Of a stretch of DNA of 62,949 nt, positions 1 to 14,397 are shown one piece after another; positions within the stretch are counted from its first letter, which is position 1, and each line of letters opens with the position of its first letter. This DNA comes from Trichinella spiralis (taxonomy: Eukaryota): positions 6,115,008-6,177,956 of the forward strand of contig NW_003526941.1 in the NCBI RefSeq assembly GCF_000181795.1. Direction: 5' to 3'. A program made the position numbers and the translations under genes. The notes beneath the pieces were generated by a model. The model made no database searches and was not told where the DNA came from. It was given only the letters and a program-made list of their open reading frames with translations.

Positions 1-863
1 TTATTATTTTATGAACAAGTTGAAAAAATTTCACTCGCATTTCGCAGCATAGTCGACACACGTATAGTAGAAGTATCCATTCACTATTGCTGGTGATGAG
101 TGATATTTTTGTCAGTTTAAATTATCCTACTTGTGTACAGAATGTGTACATTCGCGCTCTTAGTTGGAAAAGGAAAATTGTTCAATCCGCCGGATCAAGT
201 GTCCCATTGGAAGCGACACGTGACTTGAACATTTGAACGGTGCTAATTACAAACTTGCAAGGTTTGCATGCGGGCGGCTTTGATCGATCGATCGGAGCTT
301 TGTTTATCTTGTTATAAGCTGGGAAACAAGTGCAAAAGAGGTCGAATGGATAATTGAAAAGAATAATTTTTGTAAATGCCACAGTTTGAAAATGAAAGAA
401 GAAAAAAGTTTATATAAAAAGATTTGCAGTGAAGAAAAGGATTTTCTGCCGAGGTGCTTGTTGTTGTTGTTTTTTTTTGTCTGCATGATTTGAAATGATC
501 CATCAAAAAGCAGAAAATATTGTACAGAAAGACAATTTCCATAACACACAAGCACAGTGAGTGGGATCAACAGCGGGGAAAATGATTATTATGTAAAAAA
601 TATTAATGTGAATTTACCTGCGGGTAAGAGAAGAAGCACGGCAGTGACGAGAACGACGCTCAACGAGCTTCTTTGTACAATCCATCCCATACTATTTTTT
701 TGTCAACCTTGGCAATGGTCTTCTGAATCCCATAGCAGTGAACGATTGGAACTGCTGGCAGGGCGTGGACAAAGCAGAAATACAGAGAAAGAGACAGAGG
801 TGTGTTGTGTTTTGATCTTCTTTGTTCGATTTCAAACCTAGCTGCTGTGTGGAAAGCTGAAGA

Positions 864-962
864 AGCAGCAGCAATAAGCAGCAGCAGCAGCAGCAGCAGC
901 AGCAATAAGCAGCAGCAGTAGCAGCAATGGCAACTGCAGCCAGCAGCAATAAGCAGCAGCAG
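864..962. repeat. (CAG)n/(AGC)n interrupted trinucleotide microsatellite
   Basis: Runs of gcagcagca interrupted by gcaataa. They generate the spurious poly-C/poly-L/poly-Q ORFs in the track. Confidence 0.9.
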
Positions 963-1137
963 TTGGTCAAAAGGCGGCAGTCAGATAGACTTTTACAACC
1001 TAAAGAACCGCCTATCTCTCTTTCTCTATTGGAGCATGAATACTTTTCAGCACAATCTATACTGAACGGACGAGACGATAACGAGGCAGACGAACAGACG
1101 ATCGAATCTTATGCCAAGCTAGAATCATCATCATCAC

Positions 1138-1139
<2 letters not shown>

Positions 1140-1176
<37 letters not shown>
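1140..1176. repeat. (AAT)n microsatellite
   Basis: About 12 uninterrupted AAT units seen directly. Confidence 0.95.
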
Positions 1177-4100
1177 CATGATCATCGTTTGCAAGATGAA
1201 CTTGTTGTCAGAATTACTAAAAGCGGCGGCAATCTGTTCGTTCGTTCGTTTATCGTTGAACAATGCAACGGTCTTTTGTCATCGATTGACCACCACAAAG
1301 CACAAGGTGCTGCTGAACAATGCGCTTGGTCACTACTGTCTTGACCAGTTGTCCAGAAGCTCAGCATCTCTACTGATGCTATTTATCAGAACATAGCTTG
1401 ATTTAAGATTAACTCGCAAACAAACAATTTATAGCTAGATGATATTCTATTTTCCGGTTCAGTTAGCTGTGTACTTTTACTTAACGGCTGAGATCGGCTA
1501 ATAAAATTATTTCCTCATCTCTTCCTTTCTCTTATCAATCATATTTCACTTTCATGTACTGGATGAGAAAATTATTTGACTTTTTTTCTCTTTTCACTTT
1601 AAACTATAATCAATTTTATTAGATGCTTTATCACTGAACGTAAACGAATTTAATGTGTTGTTTGTTGTTGTTGTTGTGTGGTCACGTTGTGATTTTTTTT
1701 TCTCAACCTTAACAAAGTTGCGCCGAATGTTGTTGCAGGATATCCAGTTTATTCAGAATTGCTTCTTCAGATGCTTTCACAGAAAATAAAACCAGAAAAA
1801 AAAGAGGCTATTCAAATCAGGGGAATTATATACTTCGAGTGAGTTGTTAGTTTTCGTTTTTGCGGTTATTTCTTCGATGTTAATGATGGGCTTGTTGAGG
1901 AAATAACGAACGAATTGCGGTTCTGTTGCTGCATTCTATCACTTTATTGTAATGGCTTGATGTGTGTTTTATTAATTAATTTTTTCTTTTCTCGTCAAAT
2001 CGAAAGTCTGTTGTCAACTGTATTTTATTCTCCTTTATTCAACTCTGTCTTCAAAGTTTTCCAGTGGATATGTTTCGTTAAGCGCTTCATTGTTTCGTGT
2101 TAGCTTCTGTTCAAAATGCATAAAATTTTATTACAATTTATGAATAATCATTTCGAAAATTACATTGATTTTTCACTTCTTTTCATAAATATTGTAAATT
2201 GTTTCCTCCTGCGTTGTAGCACCAATCACTCGTACAGACAAAGAGGAGGACGTTTTGCGTGTGCAAACACAAACGCCAACGAACACATCTAGCTAACTTG
2301 TTTAATGCTTGAAAAGTTATTGAAAAAAAAAGAATTTTTTTTCATCAAAAAAATTTCACAAATTCACATTCATTTTCATCATGTTCGATATTTTTTATCG
2401 ATTTTAGTCGAATGGTATTTGGTATTTAAATAAATTTTTTTGCAAATTTGAAAAGCAGGTTCTTTTGAAAAATTTATTCGATATTTCAAAGTATTTTGTT
2501 GTTTAATTTTTATGTTAATTATTTAAATGTATTTTAAATTAAGAATTTTTTTTAATTTACGGCTCAAACTTAAGATTTTGTTTAAAATTGTGGCATGTTT
2601 TAATTTATACAGAATGCCAGTACCGGATTTGGAATTTGCAAGTATTACATCTCTACTGTATTAAGATTCTGTTACAAAGTTGAGAATTAAATTTTGCATA
2701 GTTAACAGTTGCTTTGGTTTTTTTCTTATTAAATCATATTTTTTAATGTGATGATGAATTAGCAGCTTTTCAGTAGAACAAAGAATCCAAATTGATTGTT
2801 AACCAAAATGCGATAACAGAGCAGGTCTTCAGATAAGGAGCGTAGAATAAGATGAAATAGACGGTGGGATAAGATGAAAGGTTCTGAATATTGAGGTTTT
2901 AAAATCAAATATATTAGCAGCAGTTGATTCGACTGTTGTCAATAGCTGATGAATCAGAAGTGTATCAGTTTGTGAGATTGTTGTTTCTAAAGGCCCATCT
3001 GCGAAGCTGTGCGCATATTGTCATGTGTGTGTATGTATGTAATAAGTTGTTCAACTCATCAGAAGCCTAATCTTACATTTCAGTGTCGGTTTCAGTAAAT
3101 TGTAATACCGTCATAATTGCATTTGCTAGCGGTCAAAGTGGATTAGTAATTGATGTACAGACAGTGTAAAGAAACGCATCGGTCCAGGATGATCGACTGA
3201 TGCGACAAAATGCAGCAGTTTTTAACAATGACAACTACTTTGGTAAAATTAACTGCAAAAAATAATATGTAAAATTTTAAGGAATGTGATTTAATAATGA
3301 TAATAATAATAATAAGGAGAGAACTGATTAAGTAAGAAATATTGCAAATAGAGATTGGTATACAAAACTAATATAAAAGTAATTAATAATAATAAAAGAA
3401 TACGAATGGTGATTTTTTAAATGTCATTTGATGATGATTAACAAAGGGAAACATTTTCAAAGGAGCAAAATGTATATATTTATATATTTTGATTAAAATT
3501 CAGTACAAAATGCAACCATTCACGAGCTTGTCATTGTTAAATGGCCAAGTCCCAAATGATTGGAAACATACCGCGTAATCGAGTGAATCTATCACGGTGA
3601 AAATTGATTCTGCTTCACAATTGTAATGCGCTTTTGCGCCATCCATTTTGACTGTTAATTGACGACGAAAATGAAACTTTGCAACGTCAGATTTCAATTT
3701 GACGCCTGTGCGCCAAATAAGCCTTTTCAATACAATAATCAAATTTTTCACTTTCTTACTGTTTATAAATACCGATATTTTGTACATAAATTTGCATATT
3801 AGGGAATTATTGATACAAGTAATTGTTGTGCTGTTGAATTTTGATTTGCTTTTTCTTTTTGTTTTAGACAAACGAAAAAAAAGATAATCAAAATTCAAAC
3901 AGATCAACCTTACAAGTAACAGTGATCACAACGACGACAGTGCATTGGATATTTCTAGCTTTCACAATGTTAGGCGCGTGCAGTTGGAAAATTTCCTCAT
4001 CGAATGATGAAGAATTAATTTATTTTCAAGAAATTGATAAATGACGGTTACTTGCTTGAATTGCATTCAACGAAAATGTCTACAACAAATCCCAACAAGC

Positions 4101-5985
4101 TATATTATAAAGTTTGTCTTTTTGTCTCAGGGATTTTTTTGCTTTGCATAAACTCTGGCATGAAAATGTCGTTTGAAAAGTTGGCGTGGGATTGGCATTT
4201 TTATTTGCAGTGCTGTCAATCTATCCTTATCCTGTCTGTAAATGACCACCGCTGATGACATGGTACTTGGATCAAAAGTGGTGGAGAAGTTTTGATCTGA
4301 TTGACGTAACACCAATCGTGTCGACAATGACGACAAAGCGAGCAGAAATCACGCGTAGCTCACTGTGAAATTCGACTTCAAAAATAACCCACATTCAAGG
4401 TGAAATCGATGAATTGAATATGTTGCAAAATTTGCATGCATATTTATGATAATTCATTGATGAAACGTAAGTGAAACTGCTTCATTTGCGCATGTGATCT
4501 TATTAAATTTTAAACAGTTGACAGATCAACAGCGTGATTTGAAAAAGTAATCATGAATGTTGTTTTTTTTATTTGTTAATAATTTTTTTAAATGAAATTA
4601 TTCAATTTAGGAAAAATAAGTGAAATTCAGAAAGAAGAAGAAGAAGAAAAAAAATACAAACTTCAATTTTAACAATTATTTGTAAATGGTTTGTATAAAC
4701 TGGTTATATAAATATTTAAGTCGATTTTCTAATTTATGTAAAAGTAATTGGCTTGGCTCCCCTCTGGTAATTTACTTGATTAAATCAAATTGTTACAGTA
4801 CTTTTAGGTGTTCACAAACACTTCTTGCTGGCGGCTACCGATGAAGCTGGCAATGAAAAGATTGCACCTGGCCAAAATGGGCTTTCGTTCGTTGATATGG
4901 ATTTTGCTAGCTTTTTCATAGGCAATTTCCATCACCTTGTTTCACCTTCCGGCATTGGGCAGTTCTTTCGACAAAGTTGTTAAAGATTTTATAATTTATC
5001 TTGGGAAATGAAGAAATAAAAAAAGATTTAAATTTGAAAAAATTGTACATTTATATCATGTGCAAACAATTTATTGAAAATTAATCGAGCCAGATGAATT
5101 CAAGCAACTTGACGTAGGTGGTTTGATTTATTGGCATTGAAAATTTGCATAGAAAATGTTAAATGTGAAGAAAGCGGGCGACAATTTTTCGAACCCTTTT
5201 TCTTTTAATTTATAATACAGATCAAATTTGCCTATTTTCAATATTCACACGAACAATACAAAAGTTATTATTTAAATAATAATTGAAAATTTACGTTGTA
5301 CAATGATAATAATAGTAATACTGTTAAGTTGGGCGCACGGGCGTGCTTTCATCAAAACAAGTTTCAATTCATTTATTTAACATTAATTAATTAATTAATT
5401 TTGCAATTGTATATTTTCTTTTCAAATCAACTTATTAGAGCTGTTGTGAAATTTCAAATATGATTTCTTTGCTAGAGAAAGAAAATTTCCCATTTCAACT
5501 TCCGTTCAATCTTTTTGCGCATTGCTGAAGAAGCAGAGGACAGGTTTATGCAAATTTTTTACAAATCAATTTTCGCACCTTTCAGTTAACTGAGACAGTT
5601 TCAGTTTGGATCAGTGGCCGATTGGTGATGGCACTGAGTAAAGCAACAGAGAAGATGGAAGAAGCATCAGTTGGCATTTAACAAAATTATGGGACGGCAG
5701 TTCACTGAAATGATTTGAAAAATGTTTTGGTAAGTGGACATATTGTATATTTTTAATAATTAATAAATTGAAAAATTGAAATCAACATTAATTCTATTTG
5801 AATATTTTTCTTCCTTTTTCACGTTGTTGTTTGTACAATTGTTGTGGCATTTTTTCACTTTGTCGATAGCAGAGAAAAAAGCAATCAGAGAAGATGAATG
5901 AGATGGAAATTGTAAATAGCAGGAAATTTGCAAGCTTGGAAATCCCATTTTCAATATTTATTTGAAACAATTAATGGTCGTCAGC

Positions 5986-6066
5986 GGGGGGTGGGGTAAA
6001 AGGAGGTGGAGGGGGAGGGGGAGGAGGAGCTGAAGGAAGGACAGTGGATGGATGGATGGATGGATG
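5986..6066 (+). other. G-rich tract (potential G-quadruplex) followed by (GGAT)n
   Basis: G runs at 5986-5991, 5993-5996, 6011-6015 and 6017-6021 in an otherwise AT-rich background; GGAT repeats at ~6046-6066. Confidence 0.5.
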
Positions 6067-9000
6067 GGTGTGGAGTGCGGTGCGGTGAAGATTGATCACA
6101 GAAGCTACAACAACGATCGTATTACATTGGCGGTCGATCCGAGAACGCGTCCCAAGAACGGATTAGTCAAATCAGGGGGGAGCGTTGACAAGATGATTGA
6201 CGGGCACCGCTTTTGGCTAGGCTGACCAAGCAAGAGCCGCTCGGTTTGGGGTAAATGAAAGCGCGTTGACACGTTGTTGTGTTGAATCAAGTGGCCGGTC
6301 GGTCAGACCGCTTTCACAAGCAAATGCAATTAGCTGTCGAAATTAGCGCTAGCCGCCAAGATGTGCCGTCAAGAGGCATTTCGTGATTAAATGCCGCGCG
6401 CTTCCAACACCAACACCTTGCTCAAGCTGAAATTTTATTATCCGTATGAAAATAATGATTACGGCCGTCTCTGATTACAGTATGCATTTTAAGACCGGCC
6501 AACCAATCGATCACATTGAACAAGAAGAGATTTTTTCTTTACCACCAGCAAGCAAGCAACAAGAGCGATGTTGCCGGTCGACGAACGAACGCACCGACGG
6601 ACAGCAGCTAATTAGCATTCACTATTCGCGTGTGTATTCGAATTTCATTTGCAAATTTCAGCCAACCAACCCACCAATCAACCAACAGTCGAAAAAGTAC
6701 TGCTTGAAAATATTGAAATATAATGCAGTTGTTTATTATAAATTCAGAAAAAAAACAAATGAAACTGTTGGTGGTCATTTGAATTAGCTTGAAAATAGCT
6801 TGATTAGACAACAGCAGCGAAGAGTTAGTCTTCCGGATTCAAGGAACAATTCAATGATCCTCTTTACCAAACAAGTGGATGTTCAAATTGATTTTTAATA
6901 TTATTTATTTGTAAAGTGATCGCTTGAATAGTGCCATTTTACGTGTAAAAAGTGTTTGTGTTTCTTTCAATGTGAACAGCAGTTGGAAATAAATTGAACT
7001 CATTTCGATTTGTTGAATATGAAAAAGATAAAAAAAAATTTTCTTGAATCCAATAATAAAAAATATTATGAATTCTTGCCGAAAGGAAGCAATGAAAATG
7101 ACCGTTAAACATTAATGTCGACTTCTGTTATATTATCCCAAAGGCAGGTACGTCTTGCCCGAAACTATATTGATTTGGAAAATTCCAAATTTTCCACCTT
7201 TTCCGATATCACTTTTCAACGGGATATCTTGAGTAAAGTCGAGTAAAGCTTTCAGAAGTTGGTGAAAGTATTTGAAAGCTAATATCGGTGTATGTGTATG
7301 AGAAGAGGAAAGAATTATTATGCTCTGGTGTAAATCAGAGTGTGAAGAACACGACCAACGTGGCACGGTAATATTGTCATCGACAATCGGCAGAAGATCA
7401 CGGTAGAATGTGCACCGACGTCAATTGATTCCCCTTGGGCATTTGACCGTCCATAATTTGCTTTTAACCAAAAAATTCTTTCCGTGCTCGTTGTCTCCGT
7501 TGAATTCACAGTACATGCGCATACAGAGAATTTGTTGTACCAGCTCGAGTTGTGCTGTTGTTGTTAATCGTCGGTGGCATATGTTGAAGTGTTGTTGGAA
7601 AATTTTAAACCACTTCCACTTTGTCACGTTGCACACTAATCCTCTGAGACTTGTAAACGTAAAACAGAACTTCACTAATCAAGAGATGAGTGTAAGTTTT
7701 AAATCATTCACATTCATTTTATCATCCTGATCACAACGGTCAACACATTGAGAAATTGAACAAAACAATTTGCATATGATAATTCTAAACACTATGTGTT
7801 TGTTCAGTGGGCTTGGTTGTTGTACTGTGTTTGGATGCATCAGCGAAACAATTAAACTTTTATTTAACAAAAAAAGAGATACCTCTTTGAAAAATGAATT
7901 TCATCAAAATTTGATTGCAGCAAGTACTTTTGAGTTTTTTATTTTGAAACATTAAACAATATATATTCAGTAAAAAAATATCCTTCACCTATACTATAGA
8001 TACATATATGGAAACAGTGAAATTATTTGAGAATTGTTTAAAAGCTTGACAGGAAAGCATCATCAATTGAATTTACGATTCATAATGAAGCAATCATCCT
8101 GAACTAATAGTTCAATACGAAACAATAGATTATGGCAATAAGCTTTAAAAGAAGATATTCAAGCAGCAAAGCGTGAAAAATCTTTTCCGAGTAGAAATTA
8201 TTTTATTGGTGTTTGCAATAAATTTGACATTCAACCAACTGTTTTTGCCAAGACGAAATAATTCGCAGGCAACTAACTGATTTTCAGCATCTTGTCAAAA
8301 ATTCTGTGCTTCAACTATTCTGCTTTATTTATGGTGTTCAACTGTCAACATTTTAAACTTTTTTCACACAACATTTTCTTTTTTATTCAACTTGTTGCAC
8401 CATACAAATTGTTGTTGTTGTTGCTGTTCATGATTGTGTAGCATTGCAATTTTGCTAAAGTAAGCACATTCAAACATTCAATTTATTTCATCTAAACTGC
8501 TCATTATTAATTGCACAACTTAACGGCTGAAAGGTTAGACTTTTATCAGGCAAAATAGAAGTGGTTCAAATTTTTAATAACGGCAATAATTTTAAAACAA
8601 ATATAAACTATCAGAAAACGCAAATTAACATATTTTATTTATTGGCAAGTGTTTTGAAAAGGTCATTCATTCATTCAAGTTCTACACACTTTGGGAATTC
8701 ATTTTCATTTATTCACAATTTATGACTGTCTTCGGCGTTTTGATTGTACTGCTTGAAGAGTATTTTCATTTCATCTGTATTTTTAAATTCAAATTGACAT
8801 TTAATTATACTGCTCTGACATGCAGCAGAACTTCTTATTATCATTTTTAGGCAACTGAACTTTTCCATGTTGTTTAAGTTGATCATACGCAGCCGATTTG
8901 CTTTTTCTTTTATTAAAAATGATATTGATAAAATGAAAATTATATCGAAAGAAATATTCAATAAAGCAAAATCCTAAGCAAAGCATGGAACAACAAAATT

Positions 9001-10099
9001 CGAAAAACATTTCAATGAATAACCATTATTTAATAATATACCAATTTATGAATATGAATTTTTTTTATAGAGATGACCTGTATTTTTTCTTTCTTAATTG
9101 AAAATTACTGGAAATCTGTCTACTATATGTCTACTTTTGAGCTATGCTGCAAGTATGCAGTCGGTGGAGACGTTTTGGTTGGGTAAGAATGATATCTGTT
9201 CCAATTTAAATTAAAAACCATTTAATCTTATCTTAGCTTATCAATTGCATGCAATCACTGTCGACCCTTCTTTTTCTAGTCACAGTAGTGAAACCAAAAG
9301 ATCTAAACAAGTATCGCCTGAACAGTTTTACATGATAATGAGGTTTAAATTAATAATAATAAACTGGACCAAATAAATGGACAAAAATCACTTCTCTGTG
9401 TCATTATCATTTCAAGAAATCATTATCAAATGGAACATGTCTTCTGCAGTGGTTATAGAGTACCTGTTTTAGACCAGATCGCAAATGGTCAGTAAATTCA
9501 TCACATTTATTATGATGAATAGTGTTTATTATGAAAAAAAATTATGCTACGTTACGTTATGCAGACATTAATCTGCATTCTGGTGTAATTGACAAAGGTT
9601 TTTCAATAACAGAAACCGCATGTTACGAATGTACGTACAACTATGGTCAGTTAGTGAATTATTCATTAAGGCAGTTATCATCATGGTTTGCAGTTTTCAA
9701 ATTTTTTGACAGTTGTAGCGTTGGAAAATGAAATTTTTACGCAAATGAACAACTATGCAAATGTTTCATGTTCACGGCAAACATTTATACAAGATTGCGT
9801 TCTACATTCGAACGTTTAATTGAAATATGATCCCATTAAGCATAATTTTGAATAATTTCGAGTGCTTGAAGAAATGAGATTGCATGACGTTGAAAGTTAA
9901 ATCTACATACAGCACTGTTTAGTGGCGAAAAGGGCAAACCAGAACAAACAAACAAGTCAATTTAATTAGCCCTTAACATAATCTGATGAAAGAGTGACTT
10001 GAATTTAAAAAAAAGATTTCAGAAATCGAAAACAAAAGAAACAATGAAAATCAAAAATTTCCTGGTGTGTTTTGTAACCAGAGTCGACGAGAGGGCCTT

Positions 10100-10387
10100 G
10101 ATCGAATCTTTTCCTAGCTCAGCTGCAATCACGCCGGTGTCGATCTAACCAGATATAATGGTCCAGATGCGTCTGGTCTCACAGATATCACGCACCGACG
10201 TTCATTGGCCGACACCATCGTCGGTCCCGCCCACCACGACAACGCTGATTGGCAGCGCCCGGCCAAATCCATGCCCGTCACGATTAAGCGTCTAGAAAGT
10301 TTTCTAGCTGACAGCAGAGCAGTATCAAACAAACGAACGGTTCCGCTCGTCTAGCTTGTAATAATAGCGGTAATTGCACAGAGAAGC
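10100..10387 (+). promoter_or_regulatory. Putative proximal promoter/5'UTR of the Gfi-1/pag-3-like gene
   Basis: Locally GC-enriched patch directly upstream of the ATG. It contains ATTGG boxes (~10204, ~10248), E-boxes CAGCTG (10120) and CAGATG (~10163), and an AATCAC core (10127). Confidence 0.4.
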
Positions 10388-13300
10388 ATGAACAAAAATA
10401 ACAAAGCAACAAGCTACCGCATAAGCGCTTTACTAGAGCAAGATGGCAATGGTTCGGGTGGATCCACTGTTCAACGAAATGGGCACTCGTCTTTGCATGT
10501 TCTATCCAACGGTGACAACAAGCAGCATTCAGTTTGGCCAACGTCCACTTTGCCTACCACGCTCAGCCCGCTCGGATCGCTCTGGAATGCCTGGCAGTTT
10601 CAAAGTCATCTAATCAATCTCATCACTTATCAACGTCTGTCGTGGTATTTGCAGCATTACAGTCAGCAACAGCAACACACACAACAACAACAGCAGCAGC
10701 AACAACAACAACAACAGCAACAACAACAGTTTATTATAACAAAAGAACATCCAACAGTAACATCCACAGCAGAAATGACAATGGGATCAACACTGTCTGC
10801 GTCAAACCAGAGTTCACTTAGTGCTTTGCTGTATCCCGAAAGTTGGGCTAGTTCATCTGGTGATCTTTTTTCCTGTGTACGCTGCCAAAAGTGGTTCAAC
10901 ACTTCTCATGGTCTTGAGGTAAGTATCCAGATTAGCTTTTCAACTTTCAGCAGCAGCAACGACAGCAACAACAAAAATGAACTGAATTTACTACTATCTA
11001 TCTCAGGTGCACGTGAGAAGAGCTCACGCAGGTCGGAAGCCGTTTGCTTGTGAAAAATGCAACAAGACATTTGGCCACGAAATTAGTCTCACGCAACATC
11101 GCAGTACGCATGCAAATGAAAAAGCGTTCGAATGTTCCCAATGTGGCAAAGTTTTCAAACGATCATCCACTTTGAGCACTCATCTGATGATCCACACCGA
11201 CACCAGACCCTACGCCTGCCCCTATTGCGACAAACGATTCCACCAAAAGTCTGACATGAAAAAGCACACCTACATCCACACGGGTAATGATTCATTTTGT
11301 TCGTACTGTAATGGTGAGCTTCTTCCTCTTCGAATGAGCTTTTCTGTCGTTTTCTTTTCATCTCATTTCTAATCATCCGTGTTCTCGATTTTCCTCACAG
11401 ACTTGTGACTATTCTCAGCTTATAAATTTACTAGCTCAATCACGGTAGGTGACCACGAATCGCCGGCACTTTCCGAAATGAATCTGCGCGCGCTTGTCTT
11501 GTCATTCCGGCCGGCGCTCTGTGATTATTCATTAATGGTAGTGCAATCACGTTGTCGGTTGACGTTAACGCGTCAACGACCATGCGCATTTGCTTGCCAT
11601 CTATTTGCACGCAAAAGCAGATTTTACCTACGTCCAGAGCAGCTTTTTGTTCGTCGTTGCACTTGTTCCCAGAAGTGCCGATATCACTAATTGGACGTGG
11701 ACATTGGTCAGCATGACACTTCCAATCTGTGTTTCTTCCAACACGGATGCTGACAATTAAAAATTAATATTAATATGCAAAAGATATGCATGTTCACAAG
11801 CAATGTCAGGCAGTGTCGATCCAGTTGACCAACCATCTGCGTTGGGAATGTTGGGGGGGGGGGTTATTTGCCAGAAAGCTTTCCACAGCTCATCGGCTCA
11901 TCTGCGGACAAAACTTTACAAAGAAACGCTTTCACTTTCACTTTTAAAACAATCGAAATTTTCAAAAACGTTTTTAATTTCATAATTTCACCATACATTC
12001 AATTCAATTGAATTCAATTCATTTCAATTCAAATCAAATTAATCGAAAATATCAAGCACTTTGACATTTGGGAAAACTGATTCCAAAAATGAAAAAAAAA
12101 ACGATCATCCATCTATCCACTGTTTCCTTTCGGTGCTTTCAACTGGTAGCTTCGCAGCTTGTTCACAAGAAAAATTTTACACATTTTCAGCAAGTGTTTC
12201 TCAATTGAAGAAGAATAATTTTTTACGGTGGGAAAGTTCGTTTGCCATCTGTTGTTGCAAGTTACAATTCACATTTATTTTCTTTGTTCACGCAATAGCA
12301 AGCAGTATGAAATGATTTTTCAAACTCTTTGACAGCTCACTATTTTTTTTTCCAAAAATTTGCTTTGCTTCAACACTTCATTTTTCCAAGCGAAGATGTA
12401 GAAATAGCGGGGGGAATTCTTTTTTTTTTTTGAAAAATATAATTGAAAGCAATTGATTGAACAGCACATAATCTATTTCAGACAAACAACAATTTAAAAG
12501 TAAATATATGAAAAATTAGCTTTTCCCACAGGTCAGAACCTACAGGTAGTTGTTTGTAACTTCTTTTGATCAGTGATTCATCAAATTGAAACGATCAAGC
12601 GAGTGATTTATTATTATTTAAAAAAATAATAATAAGTATTTTTCATTTTTTGTTTTTCTTTTCTTGATTGATATTAATTTTCATTTTTTTTCCATATCAT
12701 TAGCTGTAGACAAAAGTTGAAAGAGAATTGCATAAAAAGAGTGCAATTTATTTAATTTGACGAAGGCCATTTTTGAAATTAGACTGCAACCTGCTCAAAA
12801 TGCAATTCTTCATGAATATGAATTTGTAAAAGTAACCATTTGATTGAGCTACTGTGATAATGTTATGAACACGTAAAGGCCTTGTTCTACATAGCATTCA
12901 ACAAGCACTTTCAAAAGCCGTGCACTTGTGTTTCACGCATTCTTTAATGTGCATAAATTGCAATTGTGATGATTATGATAACTGTTGACGCGATTGATCA
13001 TTGTTGCACACGGACTTCTTCATCATCATCATCATCCAATAATATTAGCATCGGTCAGTAGAAAACACAAGCCAACATGGAGAATAGCTAATTCAGCGAG
13101 CCATGAACTCAACGCAGTGGATCTTCCATTTCACAATTGTGATTATTGCAGTACAACGGATTCAAAACTCACGCAAATCTTGCCGCCAGGGGATTTCAGC
13201 TCCACTGGCATTGATAGGCTAAATCAATGGATAGTTTGAAAAATCAAAGTCGAAACAGTGCTCCTCTTTCAACGCGTTAATAGTAATAGTAATAGTAGCA

Positions 13301-14397
13301 GTTGTAGTTGTGTAGTAGCCGCAGCAGCCCTAGTCAATCGACAAAAACACTGGCCGCCTTTTCACTTAACTAACAGCAGATTGTTCAAATTTTCTCCTGT
13401 CAAAGATTTATGTCATATCAAATATTTCAACTAATTGACAGACAGTCTGTGTCTATCTTGCATGCAGACAGCAAAATTAAATATAGAAATACTGATAGCT
13501 ATTTTTTTTTTCGTTGCTTGTTTATTTCTGAAAATGCTTGTTTGTGCATTTTCAGAAATGCAAATTCAACATTATTCCAATATTGCGCAAGTGCTTTTCT
13601 TTTTTTTATTTTTGTTAAATGATTTTGCTTATTAAAAATACAATTTTAAAACAATGCAAACAAATAAATGTATAAATGACACTGTGCAAATAGATCGTTT
13701 GTTTATTGCTTTTAAAAAGCGATAATCAATCGACAGATGTGAGTGATGTTGAGCAATGTTTTAATAATGATGATGAGGCAAAAATGCAAATCAATCTATT
13801 GCAGCAGCAATTTCAAATAACCGTTGAATGATGTTTTGCTTATTAGCTTTTTCTCTTCGTTTGTTGTCCATGTTTGCATATTCACTCATAGATATGATAA
13901 TAATAATAATCAAAAGTTATCAACTTTAACAGAACAATATGTAATATTTATTTGACAATTTTGCACAATTAAAGTGGATATGTTTTGTTTTTTTTTCTCA
14001 ACGGAAACTGCATTTTGTAACCAAAAAATTATTCCATTTAGGAGAAAAACCGCACAAGTGTAAAATTTGCGGTAAAGCGTTCAGCCAGTCGTCCAACTTG
14101 ATCACGCACACTCGCAAGCACACGGGCCTGAAGCCATTCGTCTGCGGACTTTGTGGCCGTGCCTTTCAACGCAAAGTCGACTTCAGACGTCACGAAGATA
14201 GCCATCACCAAAGCCTCACCAGTTCGGATGCAGCCCAACAGCAACAACAACCGAGCAGACAAGCCGGCGCCGGGAACAAATTTTCCATGTTCAATTTCGG
14301 TTCCACCTACGTGACCAGCACCGTTTCGCCTACGCTGACCAACCATCCCAACCAGCAGTTTCATTTCAACACCAAACAGCAGCACCAAGCGAGCTGA
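10388..14397 (+). CDS. pag-3: Gfi-1/PAG-3/Senseless-family C2H2 zinc-finger transcription factor (6 fingers, ~387 aa)
   Basis: Exons 10388-10918, 11007-11283 and 14042-14397 join in frame across GT-AG introns. The fingers carry Gfi-1 family signatures: [73 protein letters not shown]. Exon 1 has a poly-Q tract. Confidence 0.95.

Noticed and set aside
557..1396. Overlapping short ORFs with poly-C/L/Q/I, including 927-1142
   Set aside because: They are explained by microsatellites. I found no recognisable domain or consistent exon chain, though an unannotated exon cannot be excluded.
4809..4983. Open segment after a TTTTAG acceptor (VHKHFLLAATDEAG...)
   Set aside because: No upstream partner exon or recognisable homology; within chance expectation.
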